From Candidatus Sulfomarinibacteraceae bacterium (GTDB lineage: Bacteria; Acidobacteriota; Thermoanaerobaculia; Thermoanaerobaculales; Sulfomarinibacteraceae), in assembly GCA_963796455.1 (NCBI GenBank), contig CAWCLO010000005.1, positions 64,001-128,000 of the forward strand: 64,000 bases of DNA, in the 5' to 3' direction. Positions 51,721 through 62,445 of this stretch are shown one piece after another. Every line of letters starts with the position of its first letter. Position 1 is the stretch's first letter. Under the pieces are notes generated by a model, which was not told where the DNA came from, did no database searches, and saw only the letters and a list, made by a program, of their open reading frames with translations. The position numbers were made by a program, and so were the translations under genes.

Positions 51721-52368
51721 ATGTACGAATTCGTTCGCGGCCCCCTGGTCTGGATCGCCTTCATCGGTTTCTTCGGCGGGCTGGCCTACCAATTCATCAC
51801 GATGGCGCTGTTGGCGCGTAAAGACAAGGTTATCTACCCGACCTTCGACGCCAAGTACGGGGCCCGTTCACTCCTCCATTGGGTCCTGCCGTTCGGCGGA
51901 CGGAATATGCGTCTGCATCCGCTCTACACCCTGCTGTCCTACGCTTTCCACATCTGCGTTCTCGTGACTCCCCTGTTCCTCATGGGGCACGCGGTGCTGT
52001 GGCAGGAATCGTGGGGCATTCGCTGGTGGAGCCTGCCGGAAGGCGTTGCAGATGTCATGACCCTGGTGGTCATTGTTGCCTGCTTCTTCTTCATTGTCCG
52101 GCGGTTGGTTCGTCCCGAGGTTCGCAATGTCAGCTACCCGTCGGACTTCCTGCTCGCGCTCTTGGTGATGGCGCCGTTCGTGACGGGCTTCGTGGCCCAC
52201 CAGCAGTGGCTGCCCTACGAGCCGATGATCGTGATCCACGGCCTCTCAGGGGCGTTGGCGCTGCTGGCGATTCCGTGGACACGGTTGGTCCACATGCTGT
52301 GGTTTGTTTTTACCCGGGCCTACATGGGCGCTGAATTCGGCGCCGTGCGCCACTCGAGGGACTGGTAA
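51721..52368 (+). CDS. tmcC: TmcC/HmcE-like membrane cytochrome b
   Basis: MYEFVRGPLVW, AFHIC..TPLFL.GH, IPWTRLVH. Confidence 0.8.
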   Translation: MYEFVRGPLVWIAFIGFFGGLAYQFITMALLARKDKVIYPTFDAKYGARSLLHWVLPFGGRNMRLHPLYTLLSYAFHICVLVTPLFLMGHAVLWQESWGIRWWSLPEGVADVMTLVVIVACFFFIVRRLVRPEVRNVSYPSDFLLALLVMAPFVTGFVAHQQWLPYEPMIVIHGLSGALALLAIPWTRLVHMLWFVFTRAYMGAEFGAVRHSRDW

Positions 52369-52411
52369 ATGTTTGTAAATGAGAGGGTTGGCGCTATGAG
52401 GATGAGGCGAC

Positions 52412-53731
52412 ATGGCTGATCTTCAAGACATCCAGATCATCGACCCCGGTGTGGACGACAACATCGCGAAGCTCACACCGGAACAGATCGAGAAGACCAT
52501 CAACAAGGTGCTGACCCAGGAGTGTGCGGCGCGTCTCGAGGTCTACCTCCAGACCTGCGTCCATTGCGGGCTGTGTGCCGAATCCTGCCAGAGCTATATC
52601 TCGCGCAACGGCGACCCGGACTATGCGCCTGTGGCCAAGGTCGAGAACACGCTGTGGGAGATGGTCAAGCAAAAGGGAAAGGTGGATCACGAATTCCTCC
52701 ACAACGCAGCGCGCATCGCGTTCATTGACTGTGGAGCGTGCCGGCGCTGCAGCATGTACTGCCCATTCGGCATCGACATCTCCTATCTGATCATGACCGT
52801 GCGACGGATCTTGAACCTCCTCGGCGTCGTGCCCCAGTACCTCCAGGACACGACCAACAGCCACGCGGCGACCATGAACCAGATGTGGGTCCAGCAGGAT
52901 GACTGGATCGACACCCTGATGTGGCAGGAGGAGGACGCCCAGGCCGAACTGGCCGGGACCCGCATTCCGCTCGACAAGATCGGCGCCGAGGTCATGTACT
53001 CGATCATCGGCCCCGAACCGAAGATCCTCGCCCAGCTGATCGCCAACATGGCGATCATCTTCAAGGTTGCGGGGACGGACTGGACCATGCCCTCGACCGA
53101 CGGTTGGGACAACTCCAACATGGCGATGTATTCGGGCGATTTCGAGACCATGGGCCGGGTCGAGCGTTTGCATTGGGAACGGGCCATGCAACTCAAGGTC
53201 AAAAGGATCGTGATGGGTGAGTGCGGCCACGCCTACCGCGGCGCGGTCTACGACGGCCCGCGGTGGTTGGGTTGGACCAAGCCCCCGATCCCGATGGTGC
53301 ACGCCGTCGAGTTCTACTACGAACTTCTGAAGAGCGGCCGGATCAAGATCGCGCGCAAGATCGAAGAGCCGGTCACTGTCCAGGATCCCTGCAACATCGT
53401 CCGCGGCCGCGGTCTGCACGAAAAACTGCGCTACGTGGTCAACGAAATCTGCGAGGACTTCCGCGACATGGACCCCCGCTACGAACACAACTACTGCTGC
53501 CAGGCCGGCGGTGGGCTCATCAATTGCGGTCCACCCTGGAAGCTCTCCCGGATGAAGAGCAACAAGGTCAAAGCGGAGCAGATCGGGGATACCGGTGCGC
53601 ACACGGTGATCACCCCGTGCCACAACTGCCACTCGGGCATCGAGGACATCATCGGCCACTACAAACTCGGCTGCCACGTCTCGTTCATCAGCGAGATGCT
53701 GGTCAAGACGATGGAAATGCCGGAAGCGTGA
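52412..53731 (+). CDS. tmcB: TmcB/HmcF-like Fe-S (HdrD/DsrK family) subunit
   Basis: CVHCGLCAESC, CGACRRCSMYCP, GECGHA, QDPCN, CCQAGGG, PCHNC. Confidence 0.8.
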   Translation: MADLQDIQIIDPGVDDNIAKLTPEQIEKTINKVLTQECAARLEVYLQTCVHCGLCAESCQSYISRNGDPDYAPVAKVENTLWEMVKQKGKVDHEFLHNAARIAFIDCGACRRCSMYCPFGIDISYLIMTVRRILNLLGVVPQYLQDTTNSHAATMNQMWVQQDDWIDTLMWQEEDAQAELAGTRIPLDKIGAEVMYSIIGPEPKILAQLIANMAIIFKVAGTDWTMPSTDGWDNSNMAMYSGDFETMGRVERLHWERAMQLKVKRIVMGECGHAYRGAVYDGPRWLGWTKPPIPMVHAVEFYYELLKSGRIKIARKIEEPVTVQDPCNIVRGRGLHEKLRYVVNEICEDFRDMDPRYEHNYCCQAGGGLINCGPPWKLSRMKSNKVKAEQIGDTGAHTVITPCHNCHSGIEDIIGHYKLGCHVSFISEMLVKTMEMPEA

Positions 53732-53744
53732 GGGGAGGGACACA

Positions 53745-55253
53745 ATGCATAAAAGAACACTGCCTTTCCTGACCTTCAGCCTGATCATGATGATTGCTGT
53801 TTTCGTGGGGACTTCAGGCGCCGATGACGAGGGGCCGAGAACGATCGCGCCGACGACTCTCACCATGGATTTCCCGGCCGCCTTTGGCGAAATGCAGCGG
53901 CCGGCCGTCGAATTCGATCATGGGGCCCACACCAAGGCCCTCGAAGAAAAGGGTTGTGAGACCTGCCATCGAATCGACGACAAGCTCGTACTGATTCCCA
54001 CCATGAAGTCGGTTCTCGCCGCCGACAATCGCGACCAGGCGATCGACGGCTACCACGACGCCTGTGTGAATTGTCACCGCGATCGCGCCGCGGATTCTCT
54101 GACCGCGGGGCCGGTGACCTGCGGCGAGTGCCACGTTCGACGTCTTCCGGGAATCTCGTCTCGTGTGTCGATGGAATTCGATTACTCGCTGCACGCACGC
54201 CACGTGAAGGCGTCGGAGGACAAGTGCGAGAACTGCCACCACGTCTACGACGAGGTGGCTGAAGAACTGAAGTACGAAAAGGGCAAGGAAGAGGGATGCC
54301 GTGCCTGCCACGGAGCCGAAGACGAAGACCGCAAGCTGTCTCTGGCCAACGCTTCCCACCGTCAATGCGTCTCCTGTCACCTCGAGCGTACCGAAGCCGG
54401 GCTCGAAGCAGGCCCGGTTTTCTGCGTCGGCTGTCACGATCAGGAGCAACGCAACGCCATCCAGGTCCTGGCCGAAGTTCCGCGACTCCTGCGCGGCCAG
54501 GCGGACACCATCTGGGTCACCAGCGAGGAATCGAAGTCGCCGTCGGTGGCTTTCAACCACCTTGCGCACGAAGGGCAGACGACTTTTTGCTCCGACTGCC
54601 ATCACCGCACTCTCCAGGCCTGCGACGACTGCCACACACTCACAGGGACGGTCGAGGGAGCGGGTGTGACTGTGGCTCAGTCATACCACCTCAAGACCTC
54701 GCAACACAGCTGTGTCGGATGCCATACGACGGTTGCGGCCGAGCATCCACAGTGTTCGGGTTGCCACAGCGTTCCGAATGCGGTTCCGGCCGATCGGGCG
54801 TGCGCCATCTGCCATAGCGGGCCCCTGGCCGGGAGCGCGGCGATCGAGAGGCCGCCGTTGGCGGAGGACCGTCTCCTCGGGCCGCTGCCCTCGTTCTCCG
54901 ACGACTATCCGGAAACCGTGGTCATCGATTTCTTGGTCGATCGCTACGAGGCATCGACCCTTCCGCACGCCAAGATCGTCAGTGCGCTCGAAACCGGGAC
55001 GAGGGAAAGCACGCTCGCTGCGGCGTTCCACGAAGAAACGACAACGCTGTGTTCGGGCTGCCACCACCACACGCCCATCGGGGTACGACCGCCCCCGTGC
55101 CGGTCCTGTCACGGCGAGAAAGCCGACGCAACCAGGGACCGGCCCGGCCTCAAGGTCGCCTATCACCGGCAGTGTGTCGGCTGCCACGTCCAGATGGGGG
55201 TCGCGAAACAGGGTTGCACCGACTGCCACGCCGCGAAGGAGGATCAATCATGA
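53745..55253 (+). CDS. hmcA: 16-heme high-molecular-mass cytochrome c
   Basis: Signal peptide; 16 CxxCH motifs counted; class-III cytochrome FxH motifs. Confidence 0.9.
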   Translation: MHKRTLPFLTFSLIMMIAVFVGTSGADDEGPRTIAPTTLTMDFPAAFGEMQRPAVEFDHGAHTKALEEKGCETCHRIDDKLVLIPTMKSVLAADNRDQAIDGYHDACVNCHRDRAADSLTAGPVTCGECHVRRLPGISSRVSMEFDYSLHARHVKASEDKCENCHHVYDEVAEELKYEKGKEEGCRACHGAEDEDRKLSLANASHRQCVSCHLERTEAGLEAGPVFCVGCHDQEQRNAIQVLAEVPRLLRGQADTIWVTSEESKSPSVAFNHLAHEGQTTFCSDCHHRTLQACDDCHTLTGTVEGAGVTVAQSYHLKTSQHSCVGCHTTVAAEHPQCSGCHSVPNAVPADRACAICHSGPLAGSAAIERPPLAEDRLLGPLPSFSDDYPETVVIDFLVDRYEASTLPHAKIVSALETGTRESTLAAAFHEETTTLCSGCHHHTPIGVRPPPCRSCHGEKADATRDRPGLKVAYHRQCVGCHVQMGVAKQGCTDCHAAKEDQS

Positions 55254-56287
55254 CCGTTTCACGTCGGGGTTTCGTTGGAGGGGCGGTCGGAGCCATGCTC
55301 GGTGCGGGCGCGGCGGACGCCGGAACCGTCAAGCATTTCGACGGCTACCCGGGACGCTACGGCCTGCTTCATGACACGACACTCTGCGTCGGATGCAGAT
55401 CGTGCGAGGTCGCCTGTGCGGAGGTCAATGAGCTTCCGAAACCGGCGATCCCGGTCGACGACCCGGTGGCTTTCGAGACCACCAGGAGGACATCGGATAC
55501 CGCCCTCACGGTCGTCAACCGCTATGTCGATGGGACCGGCGACGAGCCGGACGTCTACCGCAAACTGCAGTGCATGCACTGCAACGAGCCGTGCTGCGCG
55601 ACGGTGTGCCTGGTCCACGCCTTCGAGAAGACACCCGAGGGCCCGGTCCTCTACCATCCCGAACTCTGCATGGGTTGCCGCTACTGCATCACGGCGTGCC
55701 CTTACAACGCCCTGGCGTACGAGTACGACAACCCGCTGACACCAGAGGTCATGCGCTGCACCATGTGCTACCCGCGCATCAAGGAGGGGCTGGTGCCCGG
55801 CTGCGCAGAGGCCTGCCCAATGGGTGCGATCACCTTTGGAGAGCGGGAAGAACTGCTCGAGGTGGCGCGGGAGCGGATTCGAAAGTACCCCGACCGCTAC
55901 ATCAACCACATCTTCGGCGAACACGAATTCGGCGGCACCAGCTGGCTCGTGCTCGCAGGAGAGGCGTTCGGAAAGCTCGGTCTCGAAGAAGGCCTCACTT
56001 CGGAACCGCTGCCGGCGATTGCCACGAGCTACCTGGGGGTCGTTCCGCTGGTGCTGACGATCTATCCCGGGCTCCTGATGGGAATCCACGCCTTCACCAA
56101 GCGCCAGGAAGCGGTGGCGAAGCGAGAGAAAAACGAGGCGGTTGCCCAGACGCTGGAGGCCGCCGGTGAAGAGACGAAGAAGAAGCTCGCCGCAGCGGCG
56201 GAACGAGCCGCCAAGGACAAGGAACGAGCGGTCGCTGCCGCAGTCAAGAAGGCGCTCGCCGAGGCCGAGAAAGGGGCTGACTCATGA
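55250..56287 (+). CDS. hmcB: HmcB/HybA-like Tat-exported 4Fe-4S protein
   Basis: SRRGF twin-Arg; four Fe-S Cys motifs; C-terminal TM and Ala/Lys helix. Confidence 0.85.
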   Translation: MTVSRRGFVGGAVGAMLGAGAADAGTVKHFDGYPGRYGLLHDTTLCVGCRSCEVACAEVNELPKPAIPVDDPVAFETTRRTSDTALTVVNRYVDGTGDEPDVYRKLQCMHCNEPCCATVCLVHAFEKTPEGPVLYHPELCMGCRYCITACPYNALAYEYDNPLTPEVMRCTMCYPRIKEGLVPGCAEACPMGAITFGEREELLEVARERIRKYPDRYINHIFGEHEFGGTSWLVLAGEAFGKLGLEEGLTSEPLPAIATSYLGVVPLVLTIYPGLLMGIHAFTKRQEAVAKREKNEAVAQTLEAAGEETKKKLAAAAERAAKDKERAVAAAVKKALAEAEKGADS

Positions 56288-57472
56288 TTGACGCAACCGT
56301 TGATGTCAGCCCGTCGCCTGCCGGGAAAGCGGGATACCTGACGCCGTTCAACATCATCACGAGCATCATCCTCGCCGGGGGTGCGGTGATTCTCGGCATC
56401 CGCTTCATCTACGGGCTGTCGGCCACGACAAACCTCGACCACAACTACCCGTGGGGCATTTGGATCGGGTTCGATGTGATGAGCGGAGTTGCCCTTGCCG
56501 CGGGCGGCTTTGTGACCTCGACGGCGGTCTACGTCTTCGGGATGAAGGAGTACAAGCCGGTTGTTCGCGCGGCAATCCTGACCGGCTTTCCTGGGGTACT
56601 TCCTGGTCGTCCTCGGTTTGCTCGCCGATCTCGGTCGGCCGTGGCGGTTGCCGTACGCGTTCATCAAATCGGCCGGGCCGACCTCCCCGCTCTTCGAGGT
56701 GTCCCTGTGCGTGGCGCTCTATCTGACCGTGTTGTTCATCGAGTCGACGCCGGCGGTGCTCGAGTGGCTCGGCCTCAAACGGTGGCGGAAAGTGGTGGGC
56801 AGCCTGACTCTCGGCCTCACCATCTTCGGGCTGATCCTCTCGACGATGCACCAGTCGACCCTGGGAGCGATGTTCATGTCGGTCCCGACGAAGCTCCACC
56901 CCCTGTGGTATTCAGCGCACATCCCGGTGCACTTCTTCGTCTCCGCGGTCGCGGCGGGGTTGTCGATGGTCATTGTCGAAGGGATGTTTTCCCATCGCGC
57001 GTACCACGACAAGGTCGACATCACCACTCAGCATTTCGAGAACATCAATTTCGGTCTGGCCAAGGCGGCGTCGGTCACCCTTGGAATCTACCTGGCAATC
57101 AAGATCGTTGCCCTGGCCCTCGAAGACGAGTGGCACCTCCTGGCAACCGGATGGGGCGCGTGGTATCTGGTCGAGGTGGTGGGTTTTGTTCTCCTGCCGT
57201 GTGTGCTCTTCGCTGTGGGCTATCGAGAGCGAAAGCTGGTGCTGGTGAGGACAGCGGCGGTCATAACCGTGTTGGGAATCGTCCTCAACAGGTTCAACAC
57301 GACCTTCATCGTATTCAACTACAACTTGCCGGCCAGTCAGCGCTACGTCCCGTCGTGGATGGAAATCTGGGTGACGGTGGCATTCATCACCTTTGCGGTG
57401 GTGGTCTTCCGATGGATCGCGAACCGCATGCCGATCATGTACGAGCACCCCGACTGGCGTGGGCAGCACTAA
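56284..57472 (+). CDS. hmcC: HmcC (NrfD/HybB family) membrane subunit, +1 frameshift at ~56588
   Basis: PWGIWIGFDV..GVALAAGG in one frame; DLGRPW, SPLFEV, STMHQSTLG, KLHPLW in the next. Confidence 0.85.
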
Positions 57473-57479
57473 GGAGCCG

Positions 57480-57605
57480 ATGATGCACACACTTTTTGAT
57501 TTCCTCACCCACACCAAAGCCATCGGCTACATCGTGGCCTTCGGCCTGTTGCTGGGGTTCATCCCGTTTTGGAAATTCTTGACAGAGCGCGAGCGAGAGG
57601 AATAA
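57480..57605 (+). CDS. hmcD: HmcD-like small membrane protein
   Basis: HTLFDFLTHTK..Y plus one TM; position after hmcC; AAGGAG RBS. Confidence 0.7.
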   Translation: MMHTLFDFLTHTKAIGYIVAFGLLLGFIPFWKFLTEREREE

Positions 57606-57642
57606 TTCAATGAATGTTGTTTTCTCAGAAACGGAGGTCGCG

Positions 57643-58008
57643 ATGAGTCACACTGTCCTGGTCGTGGACGACGAGGCCGATATCCGGAAGTTCATCACGG
57701 CGGTTCTCCAGAAGAGGGGTTACGAGACCCTGACGGCCGAGAACGGGCGCGAGGCTTTCGACGTGGTGGAAAGCGAACGGCCGGATCTCATCATTCTCGA
57801 TCTGCAGATGCCCAACCAAACCGGGACCGATTTTTTCCGCCGTCTTTCCAAGGACAAGGACCTGTCGGCCATCCCGGTGATCGTCGTCAGCGGTCTCGCC
57901 GGCCGCCACCTGGCTGTGCGGGAGCCGTTTGCTGTTTTCGACAAGCCGATCGATCCGGATGAGTTCGGTGAGACCGTAGACCGCGCGTTGGGTCTGCATG
58001 AAGAATGA
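57643..58008 (+). CDS. Single-domain response regulator
   Basis: VVDDE, LDLQMP, KP. Confidence 0.9.
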   Translation: MSHTVLVVDDEADIRKFITAVLQKRGYETLTAENGREAFDVVESERPDLIILDLQMPNQTGTDFFRRLSKDKDLSAIPVIVVSGLAGRHLAVREPFAVFDKPIDPDEFGETVDRALGLHEE

Positions 58009-58095
58009 CGAGATTGTCGTGGAGATTCCTTTGATTTCCAGTGGCAACGAGAAGAGGCAGGGGCCAGGCCCCATTCTCACTCCCGAGAAAGGAGT

Positions 58096-58929
58096 ATGAC
58101 CATGAACGTTCTAGAGAGAAACAAGAAGACCGGCGGGGTGGTGCAGAAAAAGGACCACTCGAATCCTCGAACGCGACTGACGGCGGTAGAGAAAATGGAC
58201 GATCCGGAAGCTCTGATCGAAGTGGCGTGCACCGACGATTCACCACGGGTCCGCCTGACGGCGGTCTCCCGAATTCACGATGACATCAACTTGGAAAAGG
58301 TCGCGAAAGGGGCAGAGTTCCTCGATGTTCGCCTGGTGGCCGTTGAACGGATTTTTTCCCAGGGTGTCGTGGCTGGGCTTCTGAAGGCCCCGGAGAACCT
58401 CGAACTCATCGGGATGTGTTTCTCGAAGATCTCGGACCGCCGGATCATCGAGTCCATTGCTGAAGACCCGGACTACTCGGCAGCGGTGCGGCGGATGGCC
58501 GTCGAGTTCTTTGCCGACGAGTCGTATCTGTCCGAAATCACTGACAAGCAGGAGGAGCCCGAGCGCAAGAGCGACGAGGCTGTGCAGGCCTTTGTCGAGG
58601 TCTATGGCGGTGGTCTCCGCGGAGTCCGGGCCATCGGGCGCTTCCGACGCAGCGAAAAGGCCCTGCGCGCACTGGGCACGATCGCCCGCCAGGGCGGGGA
58701 AACCGGTGGGCTCGCGGTCGAGTATCTGTGCTCGGCGCTTGGCAGCGCGAATGTGAAACTCGTCGAGTGTGCTGCGTCGGAACTCCAGCAACTCAAGGAG
58801 CCCGAGTTGGTCGATTGTGTGATCTGTGCCCTCGACAATCCTGGTTTGAGGGAACCGATCCGCGAAGTTTTGCGGCGAATCGACACCCCCGAGGCGCGTG
58901 CCGCCCTCGGTGACTCGGCAACCCAGTAA
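58096..58929 (+). CDS. HEAT-like repeat protein
   Basis: Repeated VR..AV..I.D...L...A helices; AAGGAG RBS. Confidence 0.65.
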   Translation: MTMNVLERNKKTGGVVQKKDHSNPRTRLTAVEKMDDPEALIEVACTDDSPRVRLTAVSRIHDDINLEKVAKGAEFLDVRLVAVERIFSQGVVAGLLKAPENLELIGMCFSKISDRRIIESIAEDPDYSAAVRRMAVEFFADESYLSEITDKQEEPERKSDEAVQAFVEVYGGGLRGVRAIGRFRRSEKALRALGTIARQGGETGGLAVEYLCSALGSANVKLVECAASELQQLKEPELVDCVICALDNPGLREPIREVLRRIDTPEARAALGDSATQ

Positions 58930-58955
58930 TATTACCGAGATCGGAGGAGCGCACC

Positions 58956-59333
58956 ATGGCGAAGAAAGTTCTCATCATCGATGACGAAAAAGACATGCGA
59001 GTCTACCTCGAGGCGGTGTTCCGCAAAGCCGGTTACGAGACCGAAACCGCATCCAACGGTGAGGAGGGAGCGTGGCTGGCCGAGGCGCACCAGCCCGACC
59101 TGATCACTCTTGACGTTTTGATGCCGAAGAAGTCGGGTATCAAGGCCTACCGCGGTCTCCGCACCTCGGAGAAGACGAAGCATATCCCGATCGTGGTACT
59201 GACGGGTTTGACCCGGCTCGACGACTTCTTCGGCGATCTCGAGGAACTCCCTCAACCGGACGCTCTGGTTGAGAAACCGATTGAGCGGGACCTCTTCTTG
59301 GAAAAAGTGGAGGGAATTATCGGAGCTGCTTGA
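58956..59333 (+). CDS. Single-domain response regulator
   Basis: IIDDE, LDVLMP, IPIVVLTG, EKP. Confidence 0.9.
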   Translation: MAKKVLIIDDEKDMRVYLEAVFRKAGYETETASNGEEGAWLAEAHQPDLITLDVLMPKKSGIKAYRGLRTSEKTKHIPIVVLTGLTRLDDFFGDLEELPQPDALVEKPIERDLFLEKVEGIIGAA

Positions 59334-59354
59334 CAGCTCCGGCGGCCGGGTGTT

Positions 59355-60715
59355 TCAGGCCTCGACGGCTTGCGATGGGTGAACCACCGGATCTGCAGGA
59401 TGTTCGAGGTCGGCATTCGGGATTACGACGATGAATTTCGTCCCTTCTCCGGGGACGGATTCGAAAGTGACCTTTCCGCCGTGCTCTTCGGCCACCTTCT
59501 GGACCACGAGCAGGCCGATGCCCGTTCCCTCGGTTCCCTTGGACGAAAAGAAGTCCTGGAACACCTTGCTGTTGAGTTCCTCGGGAATGCCCGGTCCGTC
59601 GTCCTCGACCTCGAGGATTTGCGAGCCCTCTCCGTTCTGTCTGCAGCGGAGTGTCACGGTGTGGCGGCTCTTTGTCCGGGGAGGGATCGAAACGGCAGGC
59701 GTCGATCGCGTTGGCGACCAGATTGCAGAGCAGGCTGTGCAGGCCGTCCCTGTCGAAGGTCCCTCGACGCGGCGGGTTTCCGAACTCGGTGCGGATCTCG
59801 ATGTTCTCGCCCTTCATCCGAGCGGCATAGAGATCGCACACTTCGGTCACGATCTCCTGCGGGTCGACATCCGGCTGGAAGTTGGGCTCGCGGTCCTTGG
59901 AGCAGTAGAGCAGGTCCTTGACGATGCCGGTGACCAGTCCGACATTTCGCTCCACCATCTCCCAACCCATGCCGATGGCCTCGCGATCGTCCTCCTCGAG
60001 ACCGTCATTGACGATGAAGATGCCGCCCTCGAGCCCCATGAGGATGTTCTTGACCCGGTGTGCCATCCCGGCGACCGCGCGGCCGGTCAGGGCGAGTTGT
60101 CGCTGCAGGCGTTTGACCTCGGTGACATCGGTGAAGACTTCCATGACGGCTGAAATCTCGCCGTTGTCGTCATACACGGGTTGGGTGTGGACCACGACGT
60201 TGATCCGGCGCCCGTCGCGTGCGCACGAGCGTCTCCTCGCTGGAGTAGATCCCGCCGTCCGCAAAGGTCCGGTCGACCTGGCAGTCGAGGCACGGTTTGC
60301 TTCTCTTCTTGCAGATTTCGTAGCATAGAGAACGGTCTGTGACATCGAACTCCTTACGGTAGAGCGAGTTGGCCTCGATGACGTGGTGGTCCCGGTCGAG
60401 GACACAGATGAAGCACGGAACAGCGGCGAAGAGCTGGGCGCGGTCCCGTCTGGTCTGGAACAGTTCTCGGCGCAGATCGTCGATGGGCTCGACTGGCTCC
60501 TTGCTCCGACCCCGATTCCGGGCAACGATGCCTCCGACTGTGAGGATGGAGACCAGAGCCGCGCCGCCCACCGCCAGGGGCGGCAAGAACTGGGCTGCAA
60601 GGCCTACGGCCGCTGCCGTGGCGATGCTGCAAAAAAGAAAGATGAACGTCCGAGTCACGCCCGCGGCATTTGTTGCCGGCTGAGTGTTTTTGCTGGGTTG
60701 TGGCGGAACGGGCAC
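59355..60715 (-). CDS. Membrane PAS sensor histidine kinase, two +1 frameshifts (~60222, ~59667); start uncertain
   Basis: 2 TM, PAS with CYEIC..PCLDC, AHRVKN H-box, NLVANAIDA, EDDGPG, FFSSK..GTGIGL. Confidence 0.8.
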
Positions 60716-60883
60716 CGCCTCGTGATCGCGGGTCTCGAGGCCGTTTGTTGATTCGGTGCGGATTTGAATTCCATTTGGTCAAAACGATGGTGCCTCGGCG
60801 GTAGTATGCCACAAATGTGGTTCTGCCGGAGTGTCCCGGTCGAACCGGAAGTGGGGTAAACTCCTTGATCCGAAGGGCATGTT

Positions 60884-62296
60884 ATGAATTCGGACGAACC
60901 TGGAGTCGGTCAGATTATTCTCGACAATGTGGCCGACGGCGTGTTCACGGTCGATCACGAGTGGCGCATCAGCTACTTCAACCGGGCCGCCGAACGGATC
61001 ACCGGTGTGAGTCGCGATTCGGCCGTCGGGCGCCGCTGCTGCGATGTCTTCCGGGCCAGCATCTGTGTCGACGGCTGTGCGCTCCGCCACACACTGGAGA
61101 CGGGTGAACCGGTGGTCAACAGGGCTGCATTCATCATCGACGCCAGGGAGCGCAAGGTCCCAATTAGTATTTCGACCTCGGTCCTGCGGAACGATCGCGG
61201 ACAGTTGGTTGGCGGTGTCGAGACCTTTCGCGACCTGAGCCAGGTGGAGGAGCTGCGGAAGGAGCTCGAGGGCCGGTTTTCTCTCGGTGACATCATCGGC
61301 CGAAGCCGAGCCATGCGCGATCTCTTCGGAGTCCTGCCGGCCATCGCCGCCAGCGAGAGCACGGTCGTTATCCACGGTGCGAGCGGAACCGGGAAGGAGC
61401 TCTTCGCTCGTGCCATTCACGATCTGTCGCCACGGAGCAAGAAGCGTTTCGTGGCCATCAATTGCGGCGCTCTCCCGGACACGCTTCTCGAGTCCGAGCT
61501 CTTTGGACACAAAGCGGGAGCCTTCACTGATGCCCGCAAAGACAAGCGGGGGAGGTTCGAGGTCGCAGAGGGGGGCACGATCTTTCTCGACGAGATCGGT
61601 GACATCTCGCCCGCAATGCAGGTCCGCCTGCTCAGGGTCCTGCAGGAACACGAGTTCGAGCCCCTAGGGAGTGTGGATCCGGTGGCCGCGGACGTTCGCG
61701 TTGTCGCGGCCACCCACCGGGACCTGGCCGACCTTGTCAGCAGGGGAGATTTTCGGGAAGATCTCTACTATCGCATCAACGTCATGCGACTCGAACTGCC
61801 ATCGCTGGCTGGGCGTCGCGAGGACATCCCACTGTTGATTGACCATTTTGTCGATCGCTTCAATCGACTCCAGGAGAAGAGCATCGCCGGCGTCTCCGAC
61901 GAGGTGCTCGGCCTGTTGATGAATTACGATTTCCCGGGCAACGCCCGTGAGCTCGAGAACATCATCGAACACGCATTTGTTTTGTGCAGCAGCAGCATGA
62001 TTGAACTCCAGCACCTGCCGCCGGAATTGGCTCGGGGACGGGGAGAGGCCGAACTGGCCTCGGCTCCCGGAATGACGCTCCGCTCACTGGAACGACTCCA
62101 CGTAGAAGATGCTTTGCGACGCCATCTCGGCAATCGGAAGGCTGCAGCCGAGGAGCTCGGCATCCACCCGAGCACGCTGTACCGAAAGATGCGGGACCTG
62201 GGCATCGAAGCCCCGGAAACGGATGGTCGAAGCCGACTTCCTGTGATTCACGAGAGCCGCTCGGCTGATCGACTGGCGACCACTGTCAGGGAATAA
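60884..62296 (+). CDS. OrpR-like PAS sigma54-dependent activator
   Basis: PAS with CCDVFRASICVDGC (C-X8-C-X3-C), GASGTGKE, GAFTDA, FPGNAREL, Fis HTH. Confidence 0.9.
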   Translation: MNSDEPGVGQIILDNVADGVFTVDHEWRISYFNRAAERITGVSRDSAVGRRCCDVFRASICVDGCALRHTLETGEPVVNRAAFIIDARERKVPISISTSVLRNDRGQLVGGVETFRDLSQVEELRKELEGRFSLGDIIGRSRAMRDLFGVLPAIAASESTVVIHGASGTGKELFARAIHDLSPRSKKRFVAINCGALPDTLLESELFGHKAGAFTDARKDKRGRFEVAEGGTIFLDEIGDISPAMQVRLLRVLQEHEFEPLGSVDPVAADVRVVAATHRDLADLVSRGDFREDLYYRINVMRLELPSLAGRREDIPLLIDHFVDRFNRLQEKSIAGVSDEVLGLLMNYDFPGNARELENIIEHAFVLCSSSMIELQHLPPELARGRGEAELASAPGMTLRSLERLHVEDALRRHLGNRKAAAEELGIHPSTLYRKMRDLGIEAPETDGRSRLPVIHESRSADRLATTVRE

Positions 62297-62429
62297 GCGC
62301 GAACCCTGTCACACGCTTCCGTTACGCATATGTAACACCGAGGGTGGTGACGCTGTTTCTCATCCCGCGGGATCCCACCGAAGTAACATCTCGTCAACGA
62401 CTTGTGAAAAGCTGCACGAGATAGGTCAC

Positions 62430-62445
62430 TGGCACATAGGTTGCA
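62430..62445 (+). promoter_or_regulatory. Sigma54 -24/-12 promoter upstream of dsrA
   Basis: TGGCAC-ATAGG-TTGCA, exact consensus. Confidence 0.7.
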
